NCBI GenBank assembly: GCA_002691645.1
Contig: NZIP01000019.1
Span: forward strand, 24,615-88,614
Length of the DNA: 64,000 bases
Reading direction: 5' to 3'
Origin: Flavobacteriaceae bacterium
GTDB lineage: Bacteria > Bacteroidota > Bacteroidia > Flavobacteriales > Flavobacteriaceae
Of this stretch, positions 29,562 through 39,400 are shown piece after piece. Each line of letters opens with the position of its first letter. Position 1 is the first letter of the stretch. The notes beneath the pieces are model-generated. The model did no database searches, was not told the origin of the DNA, and saw only the letters and a program-made list of their open reading frames with translations. The translations under genes and the position numbers were made by a program.

Positions 29562-31331
29562 ATGAAAAAATTATTTTTTGGAGCGATGGCTCTTTTTGTC
29601 TCAGTGTCAATGGCCCAAGACAATGATTCAGATGTAACTATTACAGATAGTAATAGAAATACGGTTGATGTAACTCAAACAGGAGATACAAACAAATCGG
29701 ATGTAAAGGTTCTGAATTCCTCTAATGCTAACAAAGTTACTGTAGGACAGACGAACTTAAGAAACAATTCTAATGTTAAGGTCACTAAGAATTCTAGTCG
29801 TAACAAGGTTAAAACAACTCAGTTAGGCGAACGCAATAAAAGTAACGTTACGGTACAGCGAAATTCTAGCGGAAATAAAGCTAGAACAAAACAAGTTGGG
29901 GAAAGAAATGACTCAAGAGTTGTGGTTAGCCGTGATGCAGACCGAAATACTGTTCGTACGGTTCAAAGAGGTATGAGTAACGAATCAAAAATCAATATCA
30001 AAGATGACTCTAACGGCAACACAGTCTCAGTTCTTCAAAGAGGTGACAACAACACTTTTGATATGTGGGATAGTGATGGTATTCAAAGAGACTCATCACA
30101 TAACGCCGTGACAGCTGTTCAAAACGGTGATGGTAACGAAGCGGAGGTTGAAATTGAAGACGATTCAGATCGCAATACAGTTATGGTTTCACAAGTAGGT
30201 AATGACAATGATATTGATGATATTGAATTAGATAATAACTCTAACAGAAATACTGTTTCTGTTTCACAAATGGGAGACGAAAATTTCGCTAGTGTAGACA
30301 TTGATGATTCAAATGCTAATACGGTAACTGTAACACAAACAGAAGACGACAAAATTTCTAGAGTATTTGCTACAGGGGATTCAGACAGAAATACAGTAGT
30401 TGTAAACCAAAGTGGAGATACACAAAGATCAAGAGTTGCCTTAAGAATGGGGTCGGATGGTAACAATGTAAAAGTCACGCAAAAATCAGCGGATAATTTC
30501 TCATGGGTTGCTGGTTTTGGAGCAGATGGTAACAAGGTGCGCGTTCGACAAAGAGGAGATGAAAACATCTCAGTTGTGTTATTAGCACCTGGCGCTAACG
30601 GAAACACAGTGAGAGTAAAACAACCTAGAGATAACAATGCTGCCCTATCGTGGAATGGAATGGGTTCTAGCCATAACACCGTATTTATCAGACAAGCTGG
30701 AGAATTCGGTTTAGCGATTTCTGCTAATATCATGGGTGGTTCAGGCAACGATGCTTCTATAAGACAAGGTCGAGGTACTGAAGGAAACCTAGCTGTTGCT
30801 GTTGCTTCAGGTAATAATAATACGGCTACAATATCTCAAAGCAAATTGGTTGCGGGTATTTTGAATGCTGCGGGTATTATTCAAACAGGAAATAGAAATA
30901 CTGCGAGTGTTGACCAAACAGGATCATTAAACCTTGGTATTGTTTTTCAAGGCGGAAATAGAAATTCAGCAACATTAACTCAAATAGGTCCTTTTAACTT
31001 AAATGCTGCAGTACAAACAGGTAACGGCAATACTGCAACAGCATATCAAATGGGAAGTGGAAACTTTGCTTATGTGAATCAAGCAGGAAATGGTAACACT
31101 TCTTCAGCTATGCAAATGGGGCCAGATAATGACTCTGGAACTGTGATGCTTGGAAATCGTGATATGTCAATAGTTATGCAAACTGGTGAGGACAACTTTA
31201 GTAGAGTTCGTTTTGAGGATAGTGCTAGAAATACAGTTACTGTATCTCAAATGGGTATGAGCAATACTTCAAATGTTTCTATAATGAGTGGTAATGCTAA
31301 CACAGTAGGTGTTCACCAATCAGGGATGTAA
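29562..31331 (+). CDS. secreted curlin-like repeat protein (about 23.5 tandem 22-28-aa repeats)
   Basis: Sec signal MKKLFFGAMALFVSVSMAQ, then repeats of the form [SN]xxN[TK]VxVxQxGxxNxSxVxV. The C-terminal units (NGNTATAYQMGSGNFAYVNQAG) look like canonical CsgA QxGxxNxAxxxQ repeats. Confidence 0.75.
   Translation: MKKLFFGAMALFVSVSMAQDNDSDVTITDSNRNTVDVTQTGDTNKSDVKVLNSSNANKVTVGQTNLRNNSNVKVTKNSSRNKVKTTQLGERNKSNVTVQRNSSGNKARTKQVGERNDSRVVVSRDADRNTVRTVQRGMSNESKINIKDDSNGNTVSVLQRGDNNTFDMWDSDGIQRDSSHNAVTAVQNGDGNEAEVEIEDDSDRNTVMVSQVGNDNDIDDIELDNNSNRNTVSVSQMGDENFASVDIDDSNANTVTVTQTEDDKISRVFATGDSDRNTVVVNQSGDTQRSRVALRMGSDGNNVKVTQKSADNFSWVAGFGADGNKVRVRQRGDENISVVLLAPGANGNTVRVKQPRDNNAALSWNGMGSSHNTVFIRQAGEFGLAISANIMGGSGNDASIRQGRGTEGNLAVAVASGNNNTATISQSKLVAGILNAAGIIQTGNRNTASVDQTGSLNLGIVFQGGNRNSATLTQIGPFNLNAAVQTGNGNTATAYQMGSGNFAYVNQAGNGNTSSAMQMGPDNDSGTVMLGNRDMSIVMQTGEDNFSRVRFEDSARNTVTVSQMGMSNTSNVSIMSGNANTVGVHQSGM
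29649..31328 (+). repeat. protein-level tandem repeat array (period about 66-84 nt, diverged at DNA level)
   Basis: I parsed it by hand into 23 full units plus one 12-aa half unit that account for residues 30-589 exactly. The nucleotide copies are imperfect. Confidence 0.8.
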
Positions 31332-31346
31332 ATACCTTTATATATT

Positions 31347-31377
31347 GAAAAAAAAACCAGCCGAAAGGCTGGTTTTT
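31347..31377. terminator. bidirectional intrinsic terminator
   Basis: A9 (31347-55), CCAGCC (31356-61), GAAA loop, GGCTGG (31366-71), T6 (31372-77). It lies between the convergent stops at 31331 and 31391. Confidence 0.85.
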
Positions 31378-31390
31378 TCATTTAAGGTGT

Positions 31391-32983
31391 TTATTCAACA
31401 CCAATTCCTGGTTGTTTGAGTTTATAATTTTGCTGCTCTTTTGCTTCAGTTACCTGTCGGGCAACATCTTGAAGTAATTTCTTTGCATCATAAATAATCC
31501 CATCTTTAATGGTGTATTTGACTCCACCAACTCTCACGACCTCATTTTCGTCTGTTAATTTAATAGCTCCTGTGCCGTAGAGTACTTTAAAATTGGCTAG
31601 TGGATTTTCATCTACAATCACTAAGTCGGCTAATTTACCTATGTCTATGCTTCCTATTTCGTCTTGCATACCGAGAGCTTCAGCACCATTTAAGGTGGCT
31701 GATTGTATAACTTCTAAAGGATGAAACCCGGCTTCGCGTAATAACTCTAATTCGCGTACATAAGCAAATCCGTATAGTTGGAATATAAAACCGGAATCTG
31801 AGCCTGTAGTGACCCTTCCGCCACGGTTTTTATATTCGTTTATAAATTCCATCCACAGTTTATAGTTTTCCTTCCAGGCAACTTCTTGTTCGGTACCCCA
31901 ATCATGCCAATAAGATCCGTGTGAAATTTTACTGGGTTGATAAAACTCCCAAAGTGAAGGCAGTGTATAGGTTTCATGCCATTCTGCTCTTCTTGCACGG
32001 TGTAAATCCCTACTAGCTTCATAGATGTTAAGTGTAGGATCTAAAGTGAAATCTAGGTCAAGTAGCTCATTCATCACAGCATTCCAGTGCGCACTGTGTG
32101 GTTTTGCAGCTTGGGCCCATAGTTTTCCAGCCTGCTCAAATCGATGTTGTTCATTTTGATAGTTGTAATTTGCAGGATAATCTTGTATCGTGCGGTCGTC
32201 AAAAAGTGCTTCAGGTAAACCATACCAGTGTTCCATTGAAGTGAGTCCGGCACGGGCAGAACTCAGAACATTCCATTTTGCCACATCTATTTGAGCGTGA
32301 TGACATGCAGATCTCAGTCCAAGTTTTTTGTTTTCATCCAATGCAGCACTCATTATTTCAGGAGCTGCGCCAAAAAATTTAATACCGTCAGCTCCTCTTT
32401 TCGCATTAGCCCTTACCCATATTCTTGCCTGTTCAGCAGTTGAAATAGGCTGATCGTCTAATGGATTAAATCCTTTTGATTTTTGCCCAAAACCGGTGTA
32501 AATAAAAAGTCGTGGTGCAATTATTTCATTGCGTTGACTCTTTTTCTTGAGGTCTAAGCCAAAATCAATACCCCTTCCACTGGGTTCTCTCACAGTGGTA
32601 ACGCCATGGGCCATCCATAATTTAAATACATAATCGGGTTCAGCACCTTGTGCTATTCCACCAATATGACCGTGCATGTCCACAAAACCTGGTAAGACGT
32701 AGCTTCCATGCGCATCTATTTCTTTACCTCTAGCTTTTAATTGGGGTCTAATTTTGTCATTAATAGGTACTCCTGGGTATCCAACGACCTTGATTTGAGT
32801 AATACGGTTCTTTTCAATTACAATGTCAACGGGTCCTCTGGGGGGAGCTCCTGTTCCGTTAATAAGTGTGGCCCCACGAATAATTAATTGTGAAAATGGT
32901 CCTTCTGACATGGAATCATCATGCTGTGAAACTCCGAGAAAGGAAATTGAACAAAATAAAAGAAGTAAGCTTAATTTTTTCAT
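31391..32983 (-). CDS. secreted metal-dependent amidohydrolase-family protein
   Basis: Signal peptide, HxH motif in GFVDMHGHIGG, a late TGSDSG segment and the ..ADLVIVDENP.. tail typical of the amidohydrolase superfamily. Its start overlaps the M14 paralog stop by 4 nt. Confidence 0.7.
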   Translation of the reverse strand: MKKLSLLLLFCSISFLGVSQHDDSMSEGPFSQLIIRGATLINGTGAPPRGPVDIVIEKNRITQIKVVGYPGVPINDKIRPQLKARGKEIDAHGSYVLPGFVDMHGHIGGIAQGAEPDYVFKLWMAHGVTTVREPSGRGIDFGLDLKKKSQRNEIIAPRLFIYTGFGQKSKGFNPLDDQPISTAEQARIWVRANAKRGADGIKFFGAAPEIMSAALDENKKLGLRSACHHAQIDVAKWNVLSSARAGLTSMEHWYGLPEALFDDRTIQDYPANYNYQNEQHRFEQAGKLWAQAAKPHSAHWNAVMNELLDLDFTLDPTLNIYEASRDLHRARRAEWHETYTLPSLWEFYQPSKISHGSYWHDWGTEQEVAWKENYKLWMEFINEYKNRGGRVTTGSDSGFIFQLYGFAYVRELELLREAGFHPLEVIQSATLNGAEALGMQDEIGSIDIGKLADLVIVDENPLANFKVLYGTGAIKLTDENEVVRVGGVKYTIKDGIIYDAKKLLQDVARQVTEAKEQQNYKLKQPGIGVE

Positions 32984-35508
32984 TGGTCATTGGGTATTTG
33001 AATGAGGTTTCCTAAGAATAAAGCATTTAAGAACAACCTATTGGTACCATACCAAGAGCCTCTAAAGTTTGGATTATCTGCAAATAATACAACACGACCT
33101 CTTCCTTTTTTGGAGGTAATCAATGAGGCAGAGGGTTTTAAATTGTGCTCGTAATTTTCTTGAGATATAAAACCATCGATATGCGGATCTTCTGTGTATT
33201 TCGCAACGGTGGCATAACTATTTTTTGAAGGTTGAAGCCACACTGTATTATTCTTGTAAACGGGGATTTTTTCGTTTCGATATCCAAAACTCAAAGGATG
33301 AGTCAAATCCAATGCCACTTCAAAAATGGCGCCTCCAACAGCTTTTTTACCGTTGTTTTCGTAGGCGTCTATATAGGGTTTTCTGCTTTTTGCTGTTTCA
33401 TCTTTGTATGAGGTTAATGTTTCATCCACTACTTTGGATTTAACTGCCCATTCACTCGCACGGGCAATAGTGATTAAGGTATTTCCCTGAGATATCCAAT
33501 TATCGAGTTTAGCTTTAAACTCTTTAGTGCTTGGATAACTTCCGGAAACCATAACTAGAGTGTTGTATTTGCTTAAGTCACTTCTCGAAAAGTTTCGTTG
33601 AGGTATTTTGGTGATTGGCATATGAACTCTTGTGTCTAATAAATGCCATACTTCTCCTGCTTCGTAAGAACTCGTTCCATCTCCTATAAGCATGGCAACT
33701 CTAGGTGTTCTCAAGGGTTGAACATATCGACTCCCGAGATCAATTCCACTTATGTGATATCCAGTATTTACCGAATAAACAGGAACTTGAAGCTCAGATG
33801 CAGCATTTTTTAATTCAGTATAGATTTCATCTTTACTTCGTTTTTGGTTAGCTACGCTTACCACTAATGTTCCGTTGTCAAAGGACTTTTGTTCCCCATT
33901 AGTCATGGTTTGAAAAGGCTTGAATGAAGAAGCGACTACTATTCCTTTTTGTTGAAGGCGATGGAGTAGTGCAACTGCATTGTAATCGTTGTAATCTATA
34001 AGATAAGCGTAAGAGGAGGATTCAAAAGAAATTTTGCGATCTAATTGATTTAGCGATTTGATTTCATCACCTTGAACAAACTTTTTAACACCTTGGTACT
34101 TTATATTGTAAAAATTAGCAAAGGACCACGCTGAGGCATCGTAAAAAACACTGTCTCGAAATGTCTTATAGGTTTCAAAAGCAGTTTGTACCATTCTGTA
34201 CTGATTTTGACTTGTCGGAACTACAAATCCCTTACCACTTTTGTAAAGTTTTACCCGATGCTTTAGCAGTTTGTCAATGAAAGATTTAACTCTATTCTTA
34301 TCGTGTCTGTCTTCAAAATAATAGGCCTTAACTACATCTTTTTCAGCATTGCTCAAAGCAGACTTAAAGAATGAATTTTGGTAGCGTATTAAGACTTCTT
34401 TTTGTGCTAATGCAGCCTTTAAAGTAGTTATGCTCGAAGTGTACTGGTTTCTAATAGTAAATGCAAAGGTGATTTCTCCATAGGCGGTGGTCTGCTTGTG
34501 TCCTCTAGAAGAAGCTTGTTCAAATAAGATTCCTAGTCCGCCTTGAAGATCTGGATACGAAGATCCGTATCCAGGATAAGTGCCGTCAAAAACTTCTTTG
34601 GTAAAATACAAGGATCCAATACTGTCAAGGGCTTCAGCAAAAAGTTCTCCAAAAGCATTGTTCAGATCAATGTAATTTTCTTTTGGCATTATGGGATCTT
34701 TTGACCCGTTGTCTTTCATGGGTTCAAAGAAATAAGTGCTTTGTGAGCCCATTTCGTGAAAGTCAGTGACCACATTAGGATACCAATTGTGATACCAATC
34801 TAATTTTCCTCTACTTTCAGGATGGATTGCCAATAACCAATCTCGATTGAGATCAAACCAATAATGATTTGTTCTTCCTCTTGGCCAATATTCATTGTGC
34901 TCTGCATCTTGCGGGTCAGCCACTAGTGAATTTGCTCTATATGAATTAGCGTATTGTGTATGTCGATCTCTACCATCTGGATTAATCGTAGGATCGATAA
35001 AAACAACCATATCATTTCTGTATTTTTCAATTTCAGGGTGATTGGAGGCTACTAAAGTGTATGCTGTTAGCAAGGCTGCTTCAGAACTTGAAGGCTCATT
35101 ACCATGTACGTTGTATCCTAAATTTACAATAAGAGGAACATCAAGATCATCTGAGGTAATTTCATGCTCAGGCTTTATCCTTTTCATATGCGCCTGGTGT
35201 ATTTCGTCTAGATTTTCTAGATTTTTTTCACTACTAATAGCCAGTACAACCAGCTTTCTTCCTTCATGAGTTCGACCGTACTCAATTAATTTAGCTCTCT
35301 TAGATTGTCGATCTAAATTTTTCAAGTAGTAAACGATTAAGTCGTGTCTGGTGTGAAATTCTCCAATTGAATATCCCAAAAAAGATTCTGGACTTTCGAT
35401 TTGAGACGAAAAGGGATGGAATTTGCCAAAAAAATAATCTTGTGCTGTTAGAGGTAGATGTATGGTGAGTGCAAGCACACAGCACATCAAAAAAGGTTTA
35501 ATTTTCAT
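32980..35508 (-). CDS. M14-family zinc carboxypeptidase-like protein, long form (paralog B)
   Basis: 842 aa with a signal peptide. Motifs YNVHGNEPSS, VTDFHEMG and C-terminal NPNFRGSWYG are colinear with 2784-5225. Confidence 0.75.
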   Translation of the reverse strand: MKIKPFLMCCVLALTIHLPLTAQDYFFGKFHPFSSQIESPESFLGYSIGEFHTRHDLIVYYLKNLDRQSKRAKLIEYGRTHEGRKLVVLAISSEKNLENLDEIHQAHMKRIKPEHEITSDDLDVPLIVNLGYNVHGNEPSSSEAALLTAYTLVASNHPEIEKYRNDMVVFIDPTINPDGRDRHTQYANSYRANSLVADPQDAEHNEYWPRGRTNHYWFDLNRDWLLAIHPESRGKLDWYHNWYPNVVTDFHEMGSQSTYFFEPMKDNGSKDPIMPKENYIDLNNAFGELFAEALDSIGSLYFTKEVFDGTYPGYGSSYPDLQGGLGILFEQASSRGHKQTTAYGEITFAFTIRNQYTSSITTLKAALAQKEVLIRYQNSFFKSALSNAEKDVVKAYYFEDRHDKNRVKSFIDKLLKHRVKLYKSGKGFVVPTSQNQYRMVQTAFETYKTFRDSVFYDASAWSFANFYNIKYQGVKKFVQGDEIKSLNQLDRKISFESSSYAYLIDYNDYNAVALLHRLQQKGIVVASSFKPFQTMTNGEQKSFDNGTLVVSVANQKRSKDEIYTELKNAASELQVPVYSVNTGYHISGIDLGSRYVQPLRTPRVAMLIGDGTSSYEAGEVWHLLDTRVHMPITKIPQRNFSRSDLSKYNTLVMVSGSYPSTKEFKAKLDNWISQGNTLITIARASEWAVKSKVVDETLTSYKDETAKSRKPYIDAYENNGKKAVGGAIFEVALDLTHPLSFGYRNEKIPVYKNNTVWLQPSKNSYATVAKYTEDPHIDGFISQENYEHNLKPSASLITSKKGRGRVVLFADNPNFRGSWYGTNRLFLNALFLGNLIQIPNDQ

Positions 35509-35563
35509 GTTTGAGTTCTTTGACAGAAAGATACGAAATCGCCAAATTAATCTTAGATCGTAA

Positions 35564-36421
35564 TTATTGATCTTTGAAGGTCAAGGTGTAGTGCGTCCCA
35601 TTTTCTTCTAAATCGAAGCTCTTTTTGATATTACCATTGATTTGTCTTGCCAGACTTTCAATGAGTTTTAGTCCCATAGAGTTTGAAGGTTTATCAGAAT
35701 TATCTTTTGAAAATCCTACACCGTTGTCTCCAATATTAAGTTGATAGGTGTCTTCTGTGTATTGCTCAATTTTAAGATAAATGATGCCCTTTTCTTTTGG
35801 ATTGAAAGCGTACTTAATCGAATTGGTTATGATTTCATTTACAATTAAACCTAATGAAATGATAGTGTCTACCTTTAAATTTACATCTGGAATATTCAAC
35901 TCAAGATTAATGTCTAGGCTGTTTTTTGCATTGCTTGATGCAATTAAAGATTCACTTAATTCTTGCAAGTATGGTGCTAGTGGAACAAGTTCTACATGTT
36001 CGTCTTTTTTGTAGAGCATTTCATGAATCATAGCCATTGTTAACACTCTTCTTTGGCTATTCTTTAGAAGTTTTTTTGTGTTTTCATCATCGACTCCCCT
36101 TGATTGAATGCTGAGCAATGAAGAAACCGTTTGCAGATTATTTTTAACTCGATGATGTACTTCTTTGAGCAACATGTTTTTCTGCTCTAACTGTGTTTTT
36201 AGTTGTGCTACATCTTGTTTGGTGATCCAGCTTTTCTTTATAATGTAGCTGTTGCCGATTAAAATTGCAGTGACAGCGTAATAGAATACGAGTTCATAAA
36301 TAGCATCTGAATAGAAAAGGGTGTAATGAATGCTCATCCCTACAGCTACAATGAGCAATAGGTAGTTTAGACGCAAAACAAAGCCTAAAACTGGATTTTG
36401 TTTGGATTTGTGATTTAACAT
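35564..36421 (-). CDS. HisKA_2-type sensor histidine kinase with minimal membrane anchor
   Basis: Two or three N-terminal TM segments, H-box EVHHRVKNNLQTVSSLLSIQ, and HATPase N and G boxes (NEIITNSIKYAF, DNGVGF, GLKLIESL). No response regulator is adjacent. Confidence 0.75.
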   Translation of the reverse strand: MLNHKSKQNPVLGFVLRLNYLLLIVAVGMSIHYTLFYSDAIYELVFYYAVTAILIGNSYIIKKSWITKQDVAQLKTQLEQKNMLLKEVHHRVKNNLQTVSSLLSIQSRGVDDENTKKLLKNSQRRVLTMAMIHEMLYKKDEHVELVPLAPYLQELSESLIASSNAKNSLDINLELNIPDVNLKVDTIISLGLIVNEIITNSIKYAFNPKEKGIIYLKIEQYTEDTYQLNIGDNGVGFSKDNSDKPSNSMGLKLIESLARQINGNIKKSFDLEENGTHYTLTFKDQ

Positions 36422-36430
36422 GAGCAGACC

Positions 36431-39400
36431 TTATTTCTTATATTCTTGTATAAGCACCCATTCCCCGCTTTGGAGGAGATTTTCGGCTTGTTTGTATTTT
36501 AACACCTTAGTCTCACCGGATAGTAAGTGCTTAATGTTAACACGTTCATTTCTGCCGATTTTAGGTTTGTCTCTTACAATGGTTTCCACTTGTTGATTTG
36601 AGGGTCTAGATGCTGAGCTTCCAACCGTACGATTTTGCTCTGCTAATTGATCAGAATTTAAAACCTCTTCTTTTGAAAGATTGAGTTTTTGTTTAGGTGT
36701 AGCCCTATTTGCCTCTGTAATCGAATTTTGATTCTCTTGTGGAATTACCCCTTTAAACAAGAAAGATATAATCTCTTTGTTGATTGCATCTATCATTGTC
36801 TTGAAGAGTTCAAATGCTTCAAATTTGTAAATCAATAAAGGATCTTTTTGTTCGTGCACTGCGAGTTGTACGGATTGTTTGAGTTCATCCATTTTTCGCA
36901 AATGGGTTTTCCAAGAGTCGTCGATTATCGCTAGTGAAATATTTTTTTCAAAATCATCGATAAGACTTGTTCCTTTTGAATTGTAGGCTTCTTCAAGGTT
37001 AGTAACAACTTGAAGGGTTTTTACACCATCAGAAAAAGGAACTACGATTCTTTTGTATTGCCCCGATTTGGTTTCGTAAACGTTTTTGATTACCGGAAAA
37101 GCCAATGCTGCACTTTCTTCTAAACGCATGCGATATTGAGAAATCATCTCACTGTACATCTGGTCTGTTAAGTCCTCCGGATTTCTAGAGTCAAACTGCT
37201 CTTCATCTATTTTAGGAAGACATGAGAAATATCTAATGCATTCAAATTCAAAATTTTTATAATCGGAATTTGCTTTGTTTAGACCTACGACAGCTTCACT
37301 TGTATCGTAAATCATATTGGCGATATCCACCTTTAGACGTTTACCTTTCAACGCATTTCTACGTCTTTTGTAAACTACTTCACGTTGCGCATTCATTACA
37401 TCATCGTATTCCAATAGTCGCTTTCTGATTCCAAAGTTGTTTTCTTCAACCTTTTTTTGCGCTCTTTCGATAGATTTGGTCATCACTGAATGCTGAATGA
37501 CCTCTCCTTCTTCTAGACCCATTCTGTCCATGATTTTAGCCATTCGCTCAGATCCGAAAAGACGCATAAGATTATCTTCAAGAGAAACATAAAATTGAGA
37601 ACTTCCTGGATCTCCTTGACGTCCAGAACGTCCTCTGAGCTGACGATCTACTCTTCTGGAGTCGTGACGTTCTGTTCCAATGATAGCGAGTCCACCCGCG
37701 TCTTTAACGCCTTGAATAAGCTTGATATCTGTTCCTCTACCGGCCATATTAGTAGCAATAGTGACTACCCCGGGTTTTCCAGCTTCTGCAACGATATCTG
37801 CTTCTTTTTGATGAAGTTTTGCATTTAAGACCTGGTGTTTTATTTTACGAACGTTCAAAAGCTTAGATAGCAATTCAGAAATTTCTACTGAGGTTGTACC
37901 TATGAGTACAGGTCTGTTTTTTTGTGTTAGATCAATGACCTCTTCAATGATGGCATTGTATTTTTCTCTTTTTGTTTTGTAGATTAAATCGTGCTCATCT
38001 TGTCTCGCAATGGGTCTGTTGGTAGGAATCTCGAATACATCGAGTTTGTATATTTCCCAAAACTCTCCAGCTTCTGTAACTGCAGTTCCTGTCATTCCAG
38101 AGAGTTTGCGATACATTCTGAAATAATTTTGCAGGGTGATGGTCGCAAAGGTTTGTGTGAGGGCTTCGATTTTTACATTTTCTTTGGCTTCAATGGCCTG
38201 ATGCAGTCCGTCGGAATACCTGCGGCCGTCCATGATACGCCCGGTTTGCTCATCAACGATTAAAACCTTGTTGTTCATGACCACATATTCAACATCCTTT
38301 TCAAATAGGGTATAGGCCTTAAGTAGTTGTGTAAGAGTATGGATGCGTTCGCTTTTTACACTGAATTCGCTAAACAGTACCTCTTTCTTTTTAGCCTCTT
38401 CTTCTACAGCTAGTTCTTCAGCTTCTATTTTAGCGATTTCACTTCCGATGTCAGGCAGGATAAAGAAGTTCTCATTTTCATCTGAAGAAAGGTGAGAGAC
38501 ACCTTTGTCTGTCAATTCAATCTGATTGTTTTTTTCGTCAATAGTAAAAAAGAGTTCTGCGTCGACTTTAACCATCTCTCGGTTGTTGTCTTGCATATAA
38601 AAGCCTTCAGTTTTTTGCAATAGTTGTTTGACTCCTTCTTCACTTAAAAATTTAATGAGTGTTTTGTTTTTGGGTAATCCTCTATATACTCTTAACAGTA
38701 AGAACCCACCTTCTTTCTCTTCACCAGCTGCAATTAACTTTTTACATTCTGACAATACACTTGTCAACATTTGTCGCTGTTTTTGAACAAGGTCAGATAC
38801 CAGTGGTTTAAGTTCATTAAATTCATGACGTTCTCCTTCGGGAACAGGACCAGAGATAATTAATGGAGTTCTAGCGTCATCAATAAGTACACTGTCTACC
38901 TCATCTACAATGGCAAAATGGTGTGGTTTCTGAACCAAATCAGCAGCACTATGTGCCATGTTATCTCTTAAGTAGTCAAAGCCAAATTCATTATTTGTTC
39001 CGTAAGTGATATCCGCTTCGTATGCTTTCCTTCTAGACTCTGAGTTGGGTTGATGATTGTCAATACAATCTACACTAAGCCCATGGAATTCAAATATAGG
39101 TGCCATCCAAGCGCTATCTCTCTTTGCTAAATAGTTATTCACTGTAACCAGATGCACGCCATTTCCAGTTAGGGCATTCAAATATACTGGTAGGGTAGCT
39201 ACAAGGGTTTTACCTTCTCCAGTTTGCATTTCTGCGATTTTACCTTGATGTATGGCTACACCTCCGATGAGTTGAACATCATAATGAATCATGTCCCAAG
39301 TAACTTCTTTTCCTGCTGCATCCCATGAATTATTCCAGAAGGCCTTGTCGTCTTTAATGCTGATATAATCTTTGTGTTGAGCAAGCTGATAGTCGTAATC

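Noticed and set aside
30119-30748. A 209-aa ORF on the minus strand inside the curlin-like gene.
   Set aside because: It is antisense to a strongly supported repeat-protein CDS. The long open frame is a by-product of the biased, repetitive codon content (few stop-complement codons), and the translated product is low-complexity with no motif.
29649-31328. Periodic repetition of about 70 nt that could be taken for a CRISPR array or a satellite.
   Set aside because: The repeats are imperfect at the DNA level, have no conserved repeat/unique spacer alternation, and lie in one continuous ORF whose protein-level periodicity explains them.
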